This document shows, piece by piece, positions 25,223-37,353 of a stretch of DNA of 64,000 nucleotides. A program made the position numbers and the translations under genes. The stretch comes from Octopus sinensis (taxonomy: Eukaryota), in contig NC_042999.1 of the NCBI RefSeq assembly GCF_006345805.1, positions 13,764,001 to 13,828,000 of the forward strand, given 5' to 3'. Below the pieces are notes generated by a model. That model worked only from the letters and a program-made list of their open reading frames with translations, did not search any database and had not been told where the DNA came from. Position 1 is the first letter of the stretch. Each line of letters opens with the position of its first letter.

Positions 25223-25620
25223 AGGTGGCAAGTAGGCAGAAACATTAGCATGCTTGGCGAAATGCTTAGCGGTATTTCATCTGCCATTACGTTCTGAGTT
25301 CAAATTCCGCTGAGGTTGACTTTGCCTTTCATCCTTTCGGGGTCAATAAATTATGTACCAGTTGCGTACTGGGGTCAATCTAATCGACTTGATCCATTTG
25401 TCTGTCCTTGTTTGTCCTCTCTGTGTTTAGCCCCTTGTGGGTAGTAAAGAAATAGGTATTTCATCTGGCTTTACGTTCTGAGTTCAAATTCCACTGAGAT
25501 CAACTTCGCCTTTTATCCTTTTGGGGTCAATAAATTAAGTACTAGTTGTGTACTGAGGTTAATCTAATCGACTGGCCCCCTTCCCCAAAATTTCAGGCCT
25601 TGTACCTAGAGTAGAAAAAA
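25223..25620 (+). mobile_element. SINE-A dimer with an 18-bp TSD
   Basis: ATATATTCCACTATTGGA at 25205-25222 and 25621-25638. Confidence 0.9.
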
Positions 25621-25844
25621 ATATATTCCACTATTGGATGAGATGCCAGTTTGTTGTAGGATTATTAATTTATGACAGCTGAGTGGACTGAGCCAATGTG
25701 AAATAAACAAAAACATAAAACATCACCTGGTCCAGGAATTGAAATCACCATTTTATGATCATGAATGCAACACCCTAACCACTAAGCCACACACATACAC
25801 CACATCAATTAACAACCATTTTCCATACTAGCATATATATATAC

Positions 25845-26021
25845 TCTTTTACTTGTTTCAGTCATCTGAATGCAACCATGCCGGAGCACTGCCTTTAGAC
25901 TTATTCTTTGGAAGCCTAGTATTTATTATATCAGGCTCTTTTGCCGAACTGCTAAGTTACAGGGACATAAACACACCAGCATCGGTTGTCAAGCAATGTT
26001 TGGGGAGGACAAACACAGACA

Positions 26022-26072
<51 letters not shown>

Positions 26073-26218
26073 TTATATACATATACACGACAGGCTTCTT
26101 TTAGTTTCCATCTATCAAATCCACTCACAAGGCTTTGGTCAGCCCGACGCAGTGGACTGAACCCGGAACCATGTGGTTGATAAGCAAGCTACTTACCACA
26201 CAGCCACTCCTGCGCCTA
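25845..26218 (-). mobile_element. SINE-B with an internal deletion
   Basis: Consensus match. Confidence 0.85.
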
Positions 26219-26742
26219 CATATATCATCATGATCATCATCGTTTAGCGATGATATATATATATATATCATCAATTTGAACTGTTATCTCATCAGCTTGG
26301 ACTTCTTAATTGATTTGTATGTATTTATGCGATTACTTAACCGACTTTGATTTGGGCACAAAATTACACTATTATATGTATATATCTGTTTTTGTATGTT
26401 ATGTGTTTGCATGCTTGTAATGGCTTATATATGACCCCTGTGTTTAGATATGTGTCGGCTTTGATGAGGAGTATTATTGAACTTGGAACTTGTCTCTTTC
26501 AAATTAATAACATATATATATATATATATATATATATACTACAAAATTAGAAAATGGAGAAACATACTTAAATCAATGAAACATCAACCATCAGATGATA
26601 CCCAATCAATACTTTATTACACCATTACATAACAGTAAAGGCATTATACAAAGCAGTATATTGGATATATGTTATCCCATGGTGGGTTGAATTTTCAACC
26701 CCTATCTCATTTTATATATATATATATATGTGTGTGTATGTA

Positions 26743-27113
26743 TATAGGAAAAATAGAAGTTGAAAATGCACCGAGAATATTTTTTATTAATATACTTGAA
26801 GCTTTAACCGGTTTCACAGTTTACACTGATTTTCAAAAGGTTTAAATTGAAAGACGTGGCTCATGTTACAGCTGTCTTGCTTCTGAAGTTTGCCTGGTTT
26901 TTATAGGGAGGCAAACATCAAACACTAGTCAGAAGCAAGATAGCTGCGACATAAGCCATGTCTTTCTATTTGAACCCTCTGAAAATCAGTGTAAACTGTG
27001 AAACCGGTTAAAGCTTCAAATATATTAATGAAAAATATTTTAACTATTCTCAGTGCCTCTTCAATTTATATTTTTTATATACTTCTACCAGTGTGGAATA
27101 AAATAACTGTTTT
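26743..27113 (+). mobile_element. Penelope-like fold-back remnant
   Basis: Inverted arms about 26743-26887 / 26919-27081, about 32-nt tail, flanked by (TA)n. Confidence 0.55.
26975..27013 (+). ncRNA. Degenerate minimal hammerhead (fourth family)
   Basis: CCCT-CTGAAaA-T CAG TGTAAA CTG T-GAAAC-CG-GTT-AAAG; palindromic ACCGGT stem III, G8A change. Confidence 0.45.
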
Positions 27114-27124
27114 ATATATATATA

Positions 27125-27567
27125 TCAAAATAAGCAACAAGGATATCCAGAGGTAATGCAGTACGATAGTTTCATGCAACTTCATTTAATTGAACAATGC
27201 AATCATTACATCAATTTAAAATGTAAAGCAATCTTCAGATACACAAAGACATAGAATTTAATTAAATTAGAACGGATAGACACATTAATATAATTATACC
27301 TAAAATCTCCAAGAAGTTAAGGAGATACACAAAGAACATGCTGCCTCACTCCAGTTTAGAAGAATCTGTAAAAATGTATATCTTGAAAATTCAGTAACTT
27401 CTAACCTGGAGTGAGGCAGCATGTTCTTTGTCTATCTCCTTAACTTCTTGGAGATTTTAGGTAAAATTATACTAATGTGTCCATCTGTTCTAATTTAATT
27501 AAATTCTATGTTTTTGTGCAGCTGAAGATTGCTCTACATTTTAAATTGATGTAATGATAGCATTGTT
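27125..27567 (-). mobile_element. Penelope-like fold-back remnant
   Basis: Inverted arms 27193-27362 / 27398-27567 with an unpaired extension at 27125-27192 next to (TA)n. Confidence 0.55.
27157..27243 (-). ncRNA. Type-I hammerhead-like motif with long stem II (third family)
   Basis: Minus: tgtat-CTGAAGA-[long imperfect stem II]-GAAAC-TATC-GTA-CTGCA. The opposite arm retains TGCAG-CTGAAGA (27517-27528), which would complete a 5-bp stem I. Confidence 0.6.
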
Positions 27568-28274
27568 ACAACCAGCAAACACATGAAGACAAGGAAGAAG
27601 AGGTGATGAGTATTAAACAAAGACAAAAGCTTTCAAAGAAATAGTCTCCTAAGACAGCATGTTCAATAAAACTACCTAGGTGGACATTTACGATAAAAAA
27701 TTTAAATGAAATATTTAAAGCAATTTCAAAAAGAAATTTTATATTCCATGGTATATAAGACCCTTTTTTTTTCTTTTTTTCTGAAACAAAATCACCCCAG
27801 GTCTTATATACCAAGTTACACCTTTAGCAAGTTAATTTTGTTCTTGATACACACTTTTTCCTGAAATTAGGGTACTTCTAATATACTCTTTGTGTCTTTT
27901 ATGTCATCAAATACAGAATATATTTCATGGTTCTCTATAGAATTCCAGCTATCTTACTGTTTCAAAATAATTGTGGAATTTTCATGGGTACTGCTAGATG
28001 TGATTAATAGCAGTAGCAGCAGAATTGCTTAATAGCATTTCCAAAAATGAGGTCTTTTAGGATTTGCTTGTGCCAGATTCCAAGAATAACAATGTTAAGC
28101 ATCCCAGAGTAATAGCTGATGTTCATGCTTTTTCTTCTTTTTTCTCACAATAGCAAAAGAAAGAATTACAATTAAAAGATGTCAACCATATTGACCAACA
28201 GGCCTCCAAGAAAGCCTCCACAAAGTCACCTGATCTGCTAGAAATAACAACCAAATACACTTAAATTATATCCT

Positions 28275-28670
28275 AGGAGTGGCTGTGTGGTAAGTAGCTT
28301 GCTAACCAACCACATGGTTCCGGGTTCAGGCCCACTGCGTGGCACCTTGGGCAAGTGTCTTCTACTATAGCCTCGGGCCGACCAATGCCTTGTGAGTGGA
28401 TTTGGTAGACGGAAACTGAAAGAAGCCTGTCGTATATATGTATATATAAATGTGTGTGTGTATGTGTTTGTGTGTCTGTGTTTGTCCCCCTAGCATTGCT
28501 TGACAACCGATGCTGGTGTGTTTACGTCCCCGTCACTTAACGGTTCAGCAAAAGAGACCGATAGAATAAGTAGTGGGCTTACAAAGAATAAGTCCCGGGG
28601 TCGATTTGCTCAACTAAAAGGCGGTGCTCCAGCATGGCTGCAGTCAAATGACTGAAACAAGTAAAAGAGT
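28275..28670 (+). mobile_element. SINE-B, full length
   Basis: Consensus match. Confidence 0.9.
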
Positions 28671-28884
28671 ATAATCTTAATTAAGGAAAGGACACAATGG
28701 AAAATGTAAATCTTTGAGGAATCCTTAACCCTTTTGATTCCAACCCATCTGAGACTACCCCTGGTTCTATTCTATAAATTTCCCAAGCATGGCTGCCGTG
28801 ATATAAGTTTCCCAAACCATGTGATTGCAAAGATCACTTTGTAACGACATGATTTTAGGTTCAGTCTCACTGCAAAGTACCTAC

Positions 28885-29388
28885 AGTAGAAGACACTTAC
28901 GCAAGGTGCCACACAGTGGGACTGAACCCAGAACCATGTAGTTCATAAGCAAGCTACTTACCACACAGCCACTCCTATGCCTATCTCTTTCTCTTTTCTC
29001 TTTACATGTTTCAGTCATTTGACTGCGGCCATGCTGGAGCACTGCCTTTAGTCGAGCAAATTGACCCTGGGATTTATTCTTTGTAAGCCCAGTACTTATT
29101 CTATCGGTCTGTTTTGCCGAACTGCTAAGTGATGGGGACGTAAACACACCAGCATCGGTTGTCAAGTAATGCTAGGGGGACAAACACATACATACATATA
29201 CATATATATATATACATATAAACGATGAGCTTCTTTCAGTTTCCGTCTACCAAATCCACTCACAAGGTATTGGTCAGCCCGGGGCTATAGCAGAAGACAC
29301 TTGTCCATGATGCCACGCAGTGGGACTGAATCCGGAGCCATGTAGTTCGTAAGCAAACTACTTACCACACAGCCACTCCTACGCCTAT
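28885..29388 (-). mobile_element. SINE-B full copy plus an extra head
   Basis: Consensus match. Confidence 0.85.
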
Positions 29389-29804
29389 CTTAACATCTGT
29401 GCCATAAATCTTACTGAACTGCTTTGTTTATTGCTAACATATGTGTGACAACCTAAATACTGTAATAAAAAGAAAGAACACAGATGACTGAGTTGATAAA
29501 ATAGCAACAGGCTTGTTTTTCTATTATTTGTCCTCGATGTTGAGTTTTGTTGAGGGCCAAAACCTTTCGCTCTGAATGGTTAAGTGTACTTAGCTGACAG
29601 TTATCATTGTTGCGTTTGTTACAGTTTAGTTCCAATTCAGACGCTGTCAGGTAGAACCATGATGAATAAGCATTCCAGCCATGACCACCCTACCTTGGTC
29701 TTCAGTTACAGTAGTTTAGAACAAACAGCATTATCCAACGTGCACCTGTTTGCTTTGCTTTTTTTTTGGGGGGGGGGACTGTTTGTTTCTTGTTTCTTTT
29801 TAAT

Positions 29805-30372
29805 CCTTCAGCATTTAAAGCCGCTATATCCGGCCGAAATACTCGTTTTATTGTCCAAGCTGGCATGATCAAGCCTTTCACACCTACCCTACAATGTCAT
29901 TATAAACATAAACAGCCATACCATCAAAACCTCGAAGCTATGAGATGGTCCATGATTCATCATCATCATCATTTAACGTGTGCTTTCCATACTAGCATGG
30001 GTTGGACAATTTGACTGAGGGCTGGTGAACCAGATGGCTGTGCCAGGCTCCAATCTGATCTGGCAGAGTTTCTACAGCTGGATGCTCTTCATAACGCCAA
30101 CCACTCCGAGAGTGTAGAGGGTGCTTTTACATGCCACTGGCATGAAGGCCAGTCTGGCGGTACTGGTAATGGCCACGCTCGAAATGGGGTTTTTTTACGT
30201 GCCACCTGCAAAAGAGTCAGTCCAGAAGCACTGGCAACGACCTTGCTCGAATGTTTTGTTCACGTGCCACCGGCACAAGTGCCAGTAAGGCGACACTGGT
30301 AAGGTAAGGCAACCAAGATAATGTGAATAAATATACATTACATTTGACAGAGCAAACTGAATGCTGACAGTT
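29805..30372. mobile_element. Diverged piggyBac-like MITE interrupted by SINE-C
   Basis: TTAATCCTTCAGCATT start; halves resemble 38549-38764. Confidence 0.45.
29958..30300 (-). mobile_element. SINE-C
   Basis: Consensus match. Confidence 0.85.
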
Positions 30373-30687
30373 GAAAAATGTGAGGGAATGATTTGAAGGA
30401 GATTTAGCTGCTATTCTTAGCAGGACACAGTTCAATACTGTAGACAATAATAGTGTTATGGTATTCATCATCATCATTCCTTGGAGATTACTATCTCAAG
30501 TCATATGACTAACAGGACTAGTTACCTGATTTCTATGGTGCATAATCAACTGAGATCACAACTGCATCCTGAATGGGACACAAGTTTATTACAGGGTTAC
30601 CCATTTACAGCTGGGGGTGGGCTGGAGAAATGTGAAATTAAGTGTTTTACTAAATACACTACACCAGCTGGTCAGGAATTGAAACCA

Positions 30688-30880
30688 TGATCATCATAGT
30701 CATCATTTAATGTTTGTTTTCCATGCTGGCATGGCTTGACAGGAGGTAGTAAAGCCAAAGGCCACACCAGGTTCATAATCCGTTTTGGCTTCATTTCTAT
30801 GGCTAGATGCCCTTCGTAATGCCAACCACATTACAGAGTGTACTAGGTGTCTTTTACTTGGTGCTTTTTACATGGCACCA
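30688..30880 (-). mobile_element. SINE-C 3' part, continuing into the 26-bp array
   Basis: Consensus match. Confidence 0.75.
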
Positions 30881-31562
30881 GCTCCAGTGCTTTTTACATG
30901 GCACCAGCTTCACTGCTTTTTACATGGCACCAGCTCCAGTGCTTTTTACATGGCACCAGCCCCAGTGCATTTTACATAGCACCAGCGCCAGTGTTTTTAC
31001 ATGGCACCAGCACCAGTGCTTTTTACATGGCACCAGCACCAGTGCATTTTACATGGCACCAGCACCAGTGCTTTTTACATGGCACCAGCACCAGTGCATT
31101 TCACATGGCACCAGCACCAGTGCTTTTTACATGGCACCAGCACCAGTGCTTTTTACATGGCACCAGCACCAGTGCTTTTTACATGGCACCAGCACCAGTG
31201 CTTTTTACATGGCACCAGCACCAGTGCTTTTTACATGGCACCAGCACCAGTGCTTTTTGCATGGCACCAGCACCAGTGCATTTTACATGGCACCAGCACC
31301 AGTGCTTTTTACATGGCACCAGCACCAGCGCTTTCTACATGGCACCAGCGCTTTTTACATGGCACCAGTGCCAGTGCTTTTTACATGGCACCAGTGCCAG
31401 TGCTTTTTACATGGCACCAGCGCTTTTTACATGGCACCAGTGCCAATGCATTTTACATAGCTCCAGCGCTTTTCCCATGGCACCAGCACTAGTGCTTTTT
31501 ATGTGGCACCAGCACCAGTGCTTTTCCCATGGCACCAGCACTTTTTATGTGGCACCAGCATG
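30875..31562 (+). repeat. 26-bp minisatellite (about 26 copies) derived from SINE-C
   Basis: Unit GCTTTTTACATGGCACCAGCACCAGT, continuous with the adjacent SINE-C. Confidence 0.95.
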
Positions 31563-32164
31563 GTAAGAGCAATGCCCTAACTACTAGGCTACATGCCTTC
31601 ACAAGCTCAATACTTGACAGCCCCAGCGTTATAGCATTCATGATTCCTGTTTTAGCTCACAATATCAGGTTCAATTTCTCATGAGGAATGCTAAATGCAA
31701 AACATCGGTAACTTATACAGGGGAGACTTATCTCACATCTGCTTAATACTACAGATTAGTACCAGGAATCCATGGATTAGTGCCAGGCTTATTGATCTCT
31801 GTGCTTCTGCGAAGCACCAACTTAGTCTAAGCGTCTAATCAAAGAAACCACACGAACCTTATCAGCAACCATACACAAACCTAGATTGAAAGTAATTTAC
31901 CAGTAAAGAGTTAAGGTACTGAAAAAGATTAGAAGGAAATATTATTTGTATTTTATGATTAAGCATATACATTTTTTCCACTTTAGTGAGTGCAAAAATG
32001 CAATAATGTTAATAGAAATTACTCAGGTGTACTAGATAAACTGGAGTAACGAATAGTATGAGCTGTCTTGGATATCTCTCACTGGGTTGAATAGATAAAT
32101 TCCAGTTACTTGACATAATTAGTGCTTGAAGGGAAGCCAGTAATAGCATTAATAGCTAACGTGT

Positions 32165-32565
32165 GAGGCTGGTTGAAAAGAACTTAAGACAAACTGCTAT
32201 GTGTATAAGCTATAAAGATGTACTCTTTCTAGAATATGAAAGGTGGGTTTCGTGGGGTAAGTTCTGGATCTTGAAATACACTGCCTTTTTTTTTTGGAAA
32301 TTAATCTTTAAAATAATATAAAATTTAGTGAAATAATTTTGTTGCTATAGAGCCAGTGTTTGAAAAGAAGGTTGGTTGAAAAGAACTTTAGACAAACTGC
32401 TATCTGTATAGGAAATAAACATGTACTCTTTCTAGTATATGAAAGGTGGGTTTCATGAGGTATGTTCTAAATCTTGAAATACACTAGATTTTTTTTAAAA
32501 TTAATCTTTAAAATAATATAAAATTTAGTGAAATAATTTTGTTGCTATTGAGTCAGTGTTTGAAA
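32165..32565 (+). repeat. Diverged tandem duplication of about 200 bp
   Basis: GGTTGAAAAGAACTT.AGACAAACTGCTAT ... CAGTGTTTGAAA occurs twice. Confidence 0.85.
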
Positions 32566-32846
32566 CCACAAACTAACATGAAATTTTGATGGGAAGTTTT
32601 ACTTCAAATCAGGTGGGGCTAAGATGTGTGCTTCTCAACCACATGGTTCCGGGTTCAGTTCCACTGCTTGGCACCTTGGACAAGTTTTTTCTGCTATAGC
32701 TTCAGCCTTGTCAGTGAATGTGGTAGACAGAAACTACATGGAAGGCCCATCACATATGTGAATGCACGTGTGTGTGTGTATTGGTTTGTTTATTGCTGAT
32801 GTGTTAGCAATTCAGCAATACGGACCAATAGAATATGTACAAGGCA

Positions 32847-33150
32847 TAACATCATCACCATCGTTTAACGTCTGCTTTCCATGCTGGCATGGGTTGGACA
32901 GTTTGACCGAGGACCCTCAAGCCAGGAGGCTGCACTAGGTTTCAGTCTGATCTGGCAAGGTTTCTACAGCTGGATGCCTTTCCTAATGCCAACCACTCAA
33001 AGAGAGTAGTGGGTGATTTTTACATGCCACTTGCATGGGGGCCAGTCAGGTGGCACTGGCATCAACCACGCTGGAATTTCCGATGCAAGTGCTGCCTGAC
33101 TGGTCCCCGTGCCAGTGGCATGTAAAAAGCACCCACTACTCTCAGAGTGA
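32847..33150 (-). mobile_element. SINE-C with an inverted 5' duplication
   Basis: 33002-33063 is inverted at 33083-33143. Confidence 0.8.
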
Positions 33151-33304
33151 AAGCACAAATCTTGGGGTTTATCCATTACACTAAAAACCCTTCAACATGA
33201 TGCTCCACCAGAGTCACAGTCTAGTGACTGACACACAAAAAAAGATAACAGACAAGAAAAGGACCTTATTAGGCGGAATATTAACTGTTTTGTTACCATA
33301 TAGG

Positions 33305-33710
33305 CATTGGAGTGGCTGTGTGGTAAGCAGCTTGCTTACAAACCACATGGTTCCAGGTTCAGTCCCACTGCGTGGCACCTTGGGCAAGTGTCTTCTACTA
33401 TAGCCTCGGGCCGACCAAAGCCTTGTGAATGGATTTGGTAGATAGAAACTGAAAGAAGCCCGTTGTATATATGCATATATATGTGTGTGTGTGTGTGTGT
33501 GTTTGTGTGTTTGTGTTTGTCCCTCCAACATCGCTAGTCAGCCGATGCTAGTGTCTTTACATCCCCGTAACTTAGCGGTTCGGCAGAAGAGACTGATAGA
33601 ATAAGTACTAGGCTTACAAAGAATAAGTTCTGGGGTTGATTTGCTCGAATAAAGGTGGTGCTCCAGCATGGCCACAGTCAAATGAATGAAACAAGTAAAA
33701 GAGTAAAAGA
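33305..33710 (+). mobile_element. SINE-B, full length
   Basis: Consensus match. Confidence 0.9.
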
Positions 33711-34034
33711 TAGAGATTTCTACTGAAATACAGTTTTTGTTTCAGTTAATTTTGGAGAAGAATTAATCAAATAAAATTGGCTCCAAATTTTGGCACAAAG
33801 CCAGCAAGTTGAGGGGTGGGGGTAAAGTCAAATGCATTGACCCCAGTGATTAATTGGTAATTAATCAAATAAAATTGACATTTAGCATTGTCGAGAAAGA
33901 ACATAAATCAACGTGAAAGGCTGATTGTAAATGGTATCTTAGATCACTTTAAACCAAAAAGTCTGTCCGCAAAACCAGAAGTAGTTTCAGGTGGGTTGAT
34001 ATCAAAAGGGTTTTAACCAATGTTTTCAGATGGT

Positions 34035-34370
34035 TCCAGTTTCAGTTCCACTGTGTGGCACCTTGGGCAGGTGTCTTTTACTAAAGCCTCAGGCTAACCA
34101 AAGCCTTGTGAGTGGATTTGGTAGACTGAAACTGAAAGAAGCCTGTTGTATACACATAAGTGTGTGTGTGTGTGTTTGTCTCCCACCACCACTTCATAAC
34201 CAGTGTTGACATGTTTATGTCCCCGTAACTTAGTGGTTTGGCAAAAGAGACCAATAAAATAAGTACCATGCTATATATAATAAAATAAGTTGATTCATTC
34301 GAATAAAATCTTTCAAGATGGAGCCCCAGCATGGCCACAGTCTAGTGACTGAAACAAGTAAAAGAATAAA
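34035..34370 (+). mobile_element. SINE-B; its 3' part and downstream flank are near-identical to 40085-40390
   Basis: Consensus match; shared flank GAATATTATTATGAATTTTTCCAAC.GAACC. Confidence 0.8.
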
Positions 34371-34439
34371 AGAATATTATTATGAATTTTTCCAACCGAA
34401 CCAGAAGACCCTATTTTCAGTTGCACAATAGTGAAAATA

Positions 34440-34660
34440 TTCTTTTCTACTCTAGGCACAAGGCCCGAAATTTTGGGGGAGGGGTGGGGGCAGTCAATTA
34501 GATCGACTCCAGTACGCAACTGGTACCTAATTTACTGACCCCGAAAGGATGAAAGGCAAAGTCAACCTTGGTGGAATTTGAACTCAGAACGTAAAGACAG
34601 ACGAAATACCACTAAGCATTTCACCCAGCATGCTAACGTTTCTGCCAGCTCTCTGCCTTA
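34440..34660 (-). mobile_element. SINE-A
   Basis: Consensus match. Confidence 0.85.
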
Positions 34661-34751
34661 CAATAGCGAAAATATTGATAAAAATGACTTCCAGAGACAC
34701 ATAGTCATTGATTATCAGGAACACACTGTGGTTGATTGTATATATATATAT

Positions 34752-34965
34752 ATATAACTAATATAGAGACGAACCACCATTCCACAACTCAGTCAATGAA
34801 GAACCCATCCGAAACCATGCTGTAAGACATATATCATACAAAATACTTATCTAAAATAATTTTAGATTAGTATTTTGTATGGTATATGTCTTACAGCATG
34901 GTTTTGGACTGGTTCTTTGTTGACTGAGTTGTAAAATGATGGTTCGTCTCTATATTAGTTATATA
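34752..34965. repeat. Near-perfect palindrome with about 105-bp arms and a 1-nt loop
   Basis: 34752-34857 is the reverse complement of 34859-34965 with few mismatches; preceded by (TA)n. Confidence 0.85.
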
Positions 34966-34967
34966 CA

Positions 34968-35477
34968 TCTATATATATAAAACTCTAGTTGTGTGAGTGT
35001 CTGTCCCCTTCGATTTAGATTCCTAACTCCTCCCACATTTTGTGGTGCAGTTTAACCAAATTCGGGTATCTTATAGTCGTGATTCATATCGAGCCCGTCT
35101 GGCTATTAGCGCGCGTCAACGATGAGTCTACGATTTTAAAAATAATTTAACATCATTTTTTATTCCATTTTAATGCATAATTTTTCGTTTATCAATGGCG
35201 GCGGAGTTGCCGTCCACGCTCACAGCTGCACCTGTTTGCTTCTCCCCCTTCCCTCCCTCGTGAAGCTGTGGGGAAGGGAGTGTAAAGAAATCAACGTCGT
35301 AATGCGTTGTCAAGGAGACCAGCGTTCTTTTAGAACAACGACTTCATGGCTTGAAGACACCAAAACAGAAATGGCTAAGAAAGCCCGAATTGGCATCTAT
35401 AAGGGAAGTAACTCTCTAAAAATGCTTATATAGTTATTTCCCTTACAAACCCGAGCAACGCCGGGCGATACTGCTAG
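34968..35477 (+). mobile_element. Non-autonomous Helitron
   Basis: A|TCTATATATATAAA ... CCCGAGCAACGCCGGG hairpin ... CTAG|T; AT target, no TSD. Confidence 0.85.
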
Positions 35478-35573
35478 TATATTATATATTACAAAATTCA
35501 GTCTAATATTATACTGAATTTTACCTGTAAGGTTGGAATAATAATTTATTCCCAAATATTTTATATATATATA

Positions 35574-36100
35574 GTGACGTATATTTGCCATTTGAATATG
35601 GCTAACCCCTAAGGGTGGATGCTACTGTAGTTTGTAGCCCCAGGAAGACACCTCCTCCAGCTGGCTGGGGTTAGCCATATTCAAATGGCAAATATACGTC
35701 ACGATGTGTTACCGCTACTGTTTATAACTCGCTCTGAGATTTATCATTGTTTGATTTCACTTTTTCAATATCAGTGTCAATCGATACTGGAAAAAGTATA
35801 TGTATTTGTGAGGGAAACTGACTTCTTGTCAACAACTATGATTGTCACACGCCGATGATAGGTCAATACCTTGAAACTCGAGTTTGTGTGTATCATAAGT
35901 TGAAGACGGGAAGGATGACTTCCCTTCACAAATACTGATAGGGCACAGAAAGTGTGTCTATAGCCAGCTGGAGGAGGTGTCTTCCTGGGGCTACAAACTA
36001 CAGTAGCATCAACCCTTAGGGGTTAGCCATACTCAAATGGCAAATATACATCATGATGTGTTACCGCTACTGTTTATAACTCGCTCTGAGATTTATCATT
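35574..36100 (+). mobile_element. Second copy of the 352-bp hammerhead-bearing element
   Basis: Antisense arm 35574-35666 and sense part 35667-36100 (GGGGTTAGCC recurs at 35667 and 36019). Same start, same 3' end and same 46-nt tail as the 40692 copy; flanked by (TA)n. Confidence 0.75.
35846..35890 (+). ncRNA. Decayed copy of the same hammerhead ribozyme
   Basis: CACACG-CcGATGA-tAGGT caat ACCTT-GAAAC-TCGA-GTt-tGTGTG; U4C core change and GUU triplet. Confidence 0.75.
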
Positions 36101-36188
36101 ATATATATATATATATATATATATATAGATAGAGATAGATAGATATAGATATATATATATATAGAGAGATAGATAGATATAGATATAG

Positions 36189-36227
<39 letters not shown>

Positions 36228-36290
36228 TATAGATATATATCATCATCATCATCATTTAACGTCCGCTTTCCATGCTAGCATGGGTTGGAC

Positions 36291-36322
<32 letters not shown>

Positions 36323-36339
36323 ATATATTATATATATAT

Positions 36340-36374
<35 letters not shown>

Positions 36375-36482
36375 GTAGATAGATAGATAGATAGATAGAT
36401 AGATATATATATATATAGAGAGAGAGATATATATATATAGAGAGAGAGAGAGATAGATAGATATATATATATATATATAGAG

Positions 36483-36535
<53 letters not shown>

Positions 36536-36570
36536 TACACACACACACATATATATATACATGTATATAT
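36101..36570. repeat. Compound (TA)n/(GA)n/(GATA)n microsatellite with a short SINE-C tail inside
   Basis: Direct reading. Confidence 0.95.
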
Positions 36571-36869
36571 ATTCTATTGGGATGACAACATTAAGCATTG
36601 ATGTGCGTAAATACAAATTTGTTACCAGTTTGAATACACTTGAAGTTTATTCAAACTTATAAGAAAGCCATTTGCTGTATTTTGTCATGGAGAAAATTTC
36701 ACCCCATAGACAAATAAGGTGTAAATACAGTCAGCTGAGTGCACCACCTATCCCAACTCTTATACAAAACATTTCTTGCTGTATATGTTCTGTTCTAACA
36801 TTTATTCTACTTTTGTTAAGGAATACTTCCTCCTTCTTTTGTTCCCATTTACAAAGGGTAAAAAGGAAC

Positions 36870-37353
36870 AAATGGAATCGAAATCAAATTCAATGACTGG
36901 CATATGTGCTAGTGGAGCACTAAGAGCACCATCCGAGTGTGATCACTGCCAGAGCAGCTAACTGGCTTCCATGCCAGTGGCATGTAAAAAGCACCATTCG
37001 AGCATGATCATTATCAGCGTCGCCTTACTGGCACTTGTGCCAGTGGAACATGAAAAAACATTCAAGCGAGGTCGTTGCCAGTGCCACTGGACGGCTCCTG
37101 TGCTGGTGGCACGTAAAACACACCATTTGAGCATGGCCATTGCCAAAACCGCCTATTTGGCCCTCGTGCCGGTGGCACATAAAAGCACCCATTATACTCT
37201 CGGAGTGGTTGGCTTTAGGAAGGGCATCAAGCTGTAGAAACTCTGCCAGATCAAGATTGGAGCCTGGTGCAGCCATCTGGTTCACCAGCCCTCGGTCAAA
37301 TCGTCCAACCCATGCTAGCATAGAAAGCGGACGTTAAACGATGATGATGGTGA
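36870..37353 (+). mobile_element. SINE-C, long copy
   Basis: Consensus match with (GAT)n tail. Confidence 0.85.

Noticed and set aside
26455-26500. Hammerhead-like TTGATGA-GGAGT...ACTT-GGAAC-TT-GTC
   Set aside because: It has two core changes and no stem I pairing; too degenerate to call.
30807-31566. Three long overlapping ORFs
   Set aside because: They are a by-product of a stop-free 26-bp minisatellite.
34790-34830. Hammerhead in the 214-bp palindrome
   Set aside because: C3 is missing, stem II is unpaired, and the orientation is opposite to the other families.
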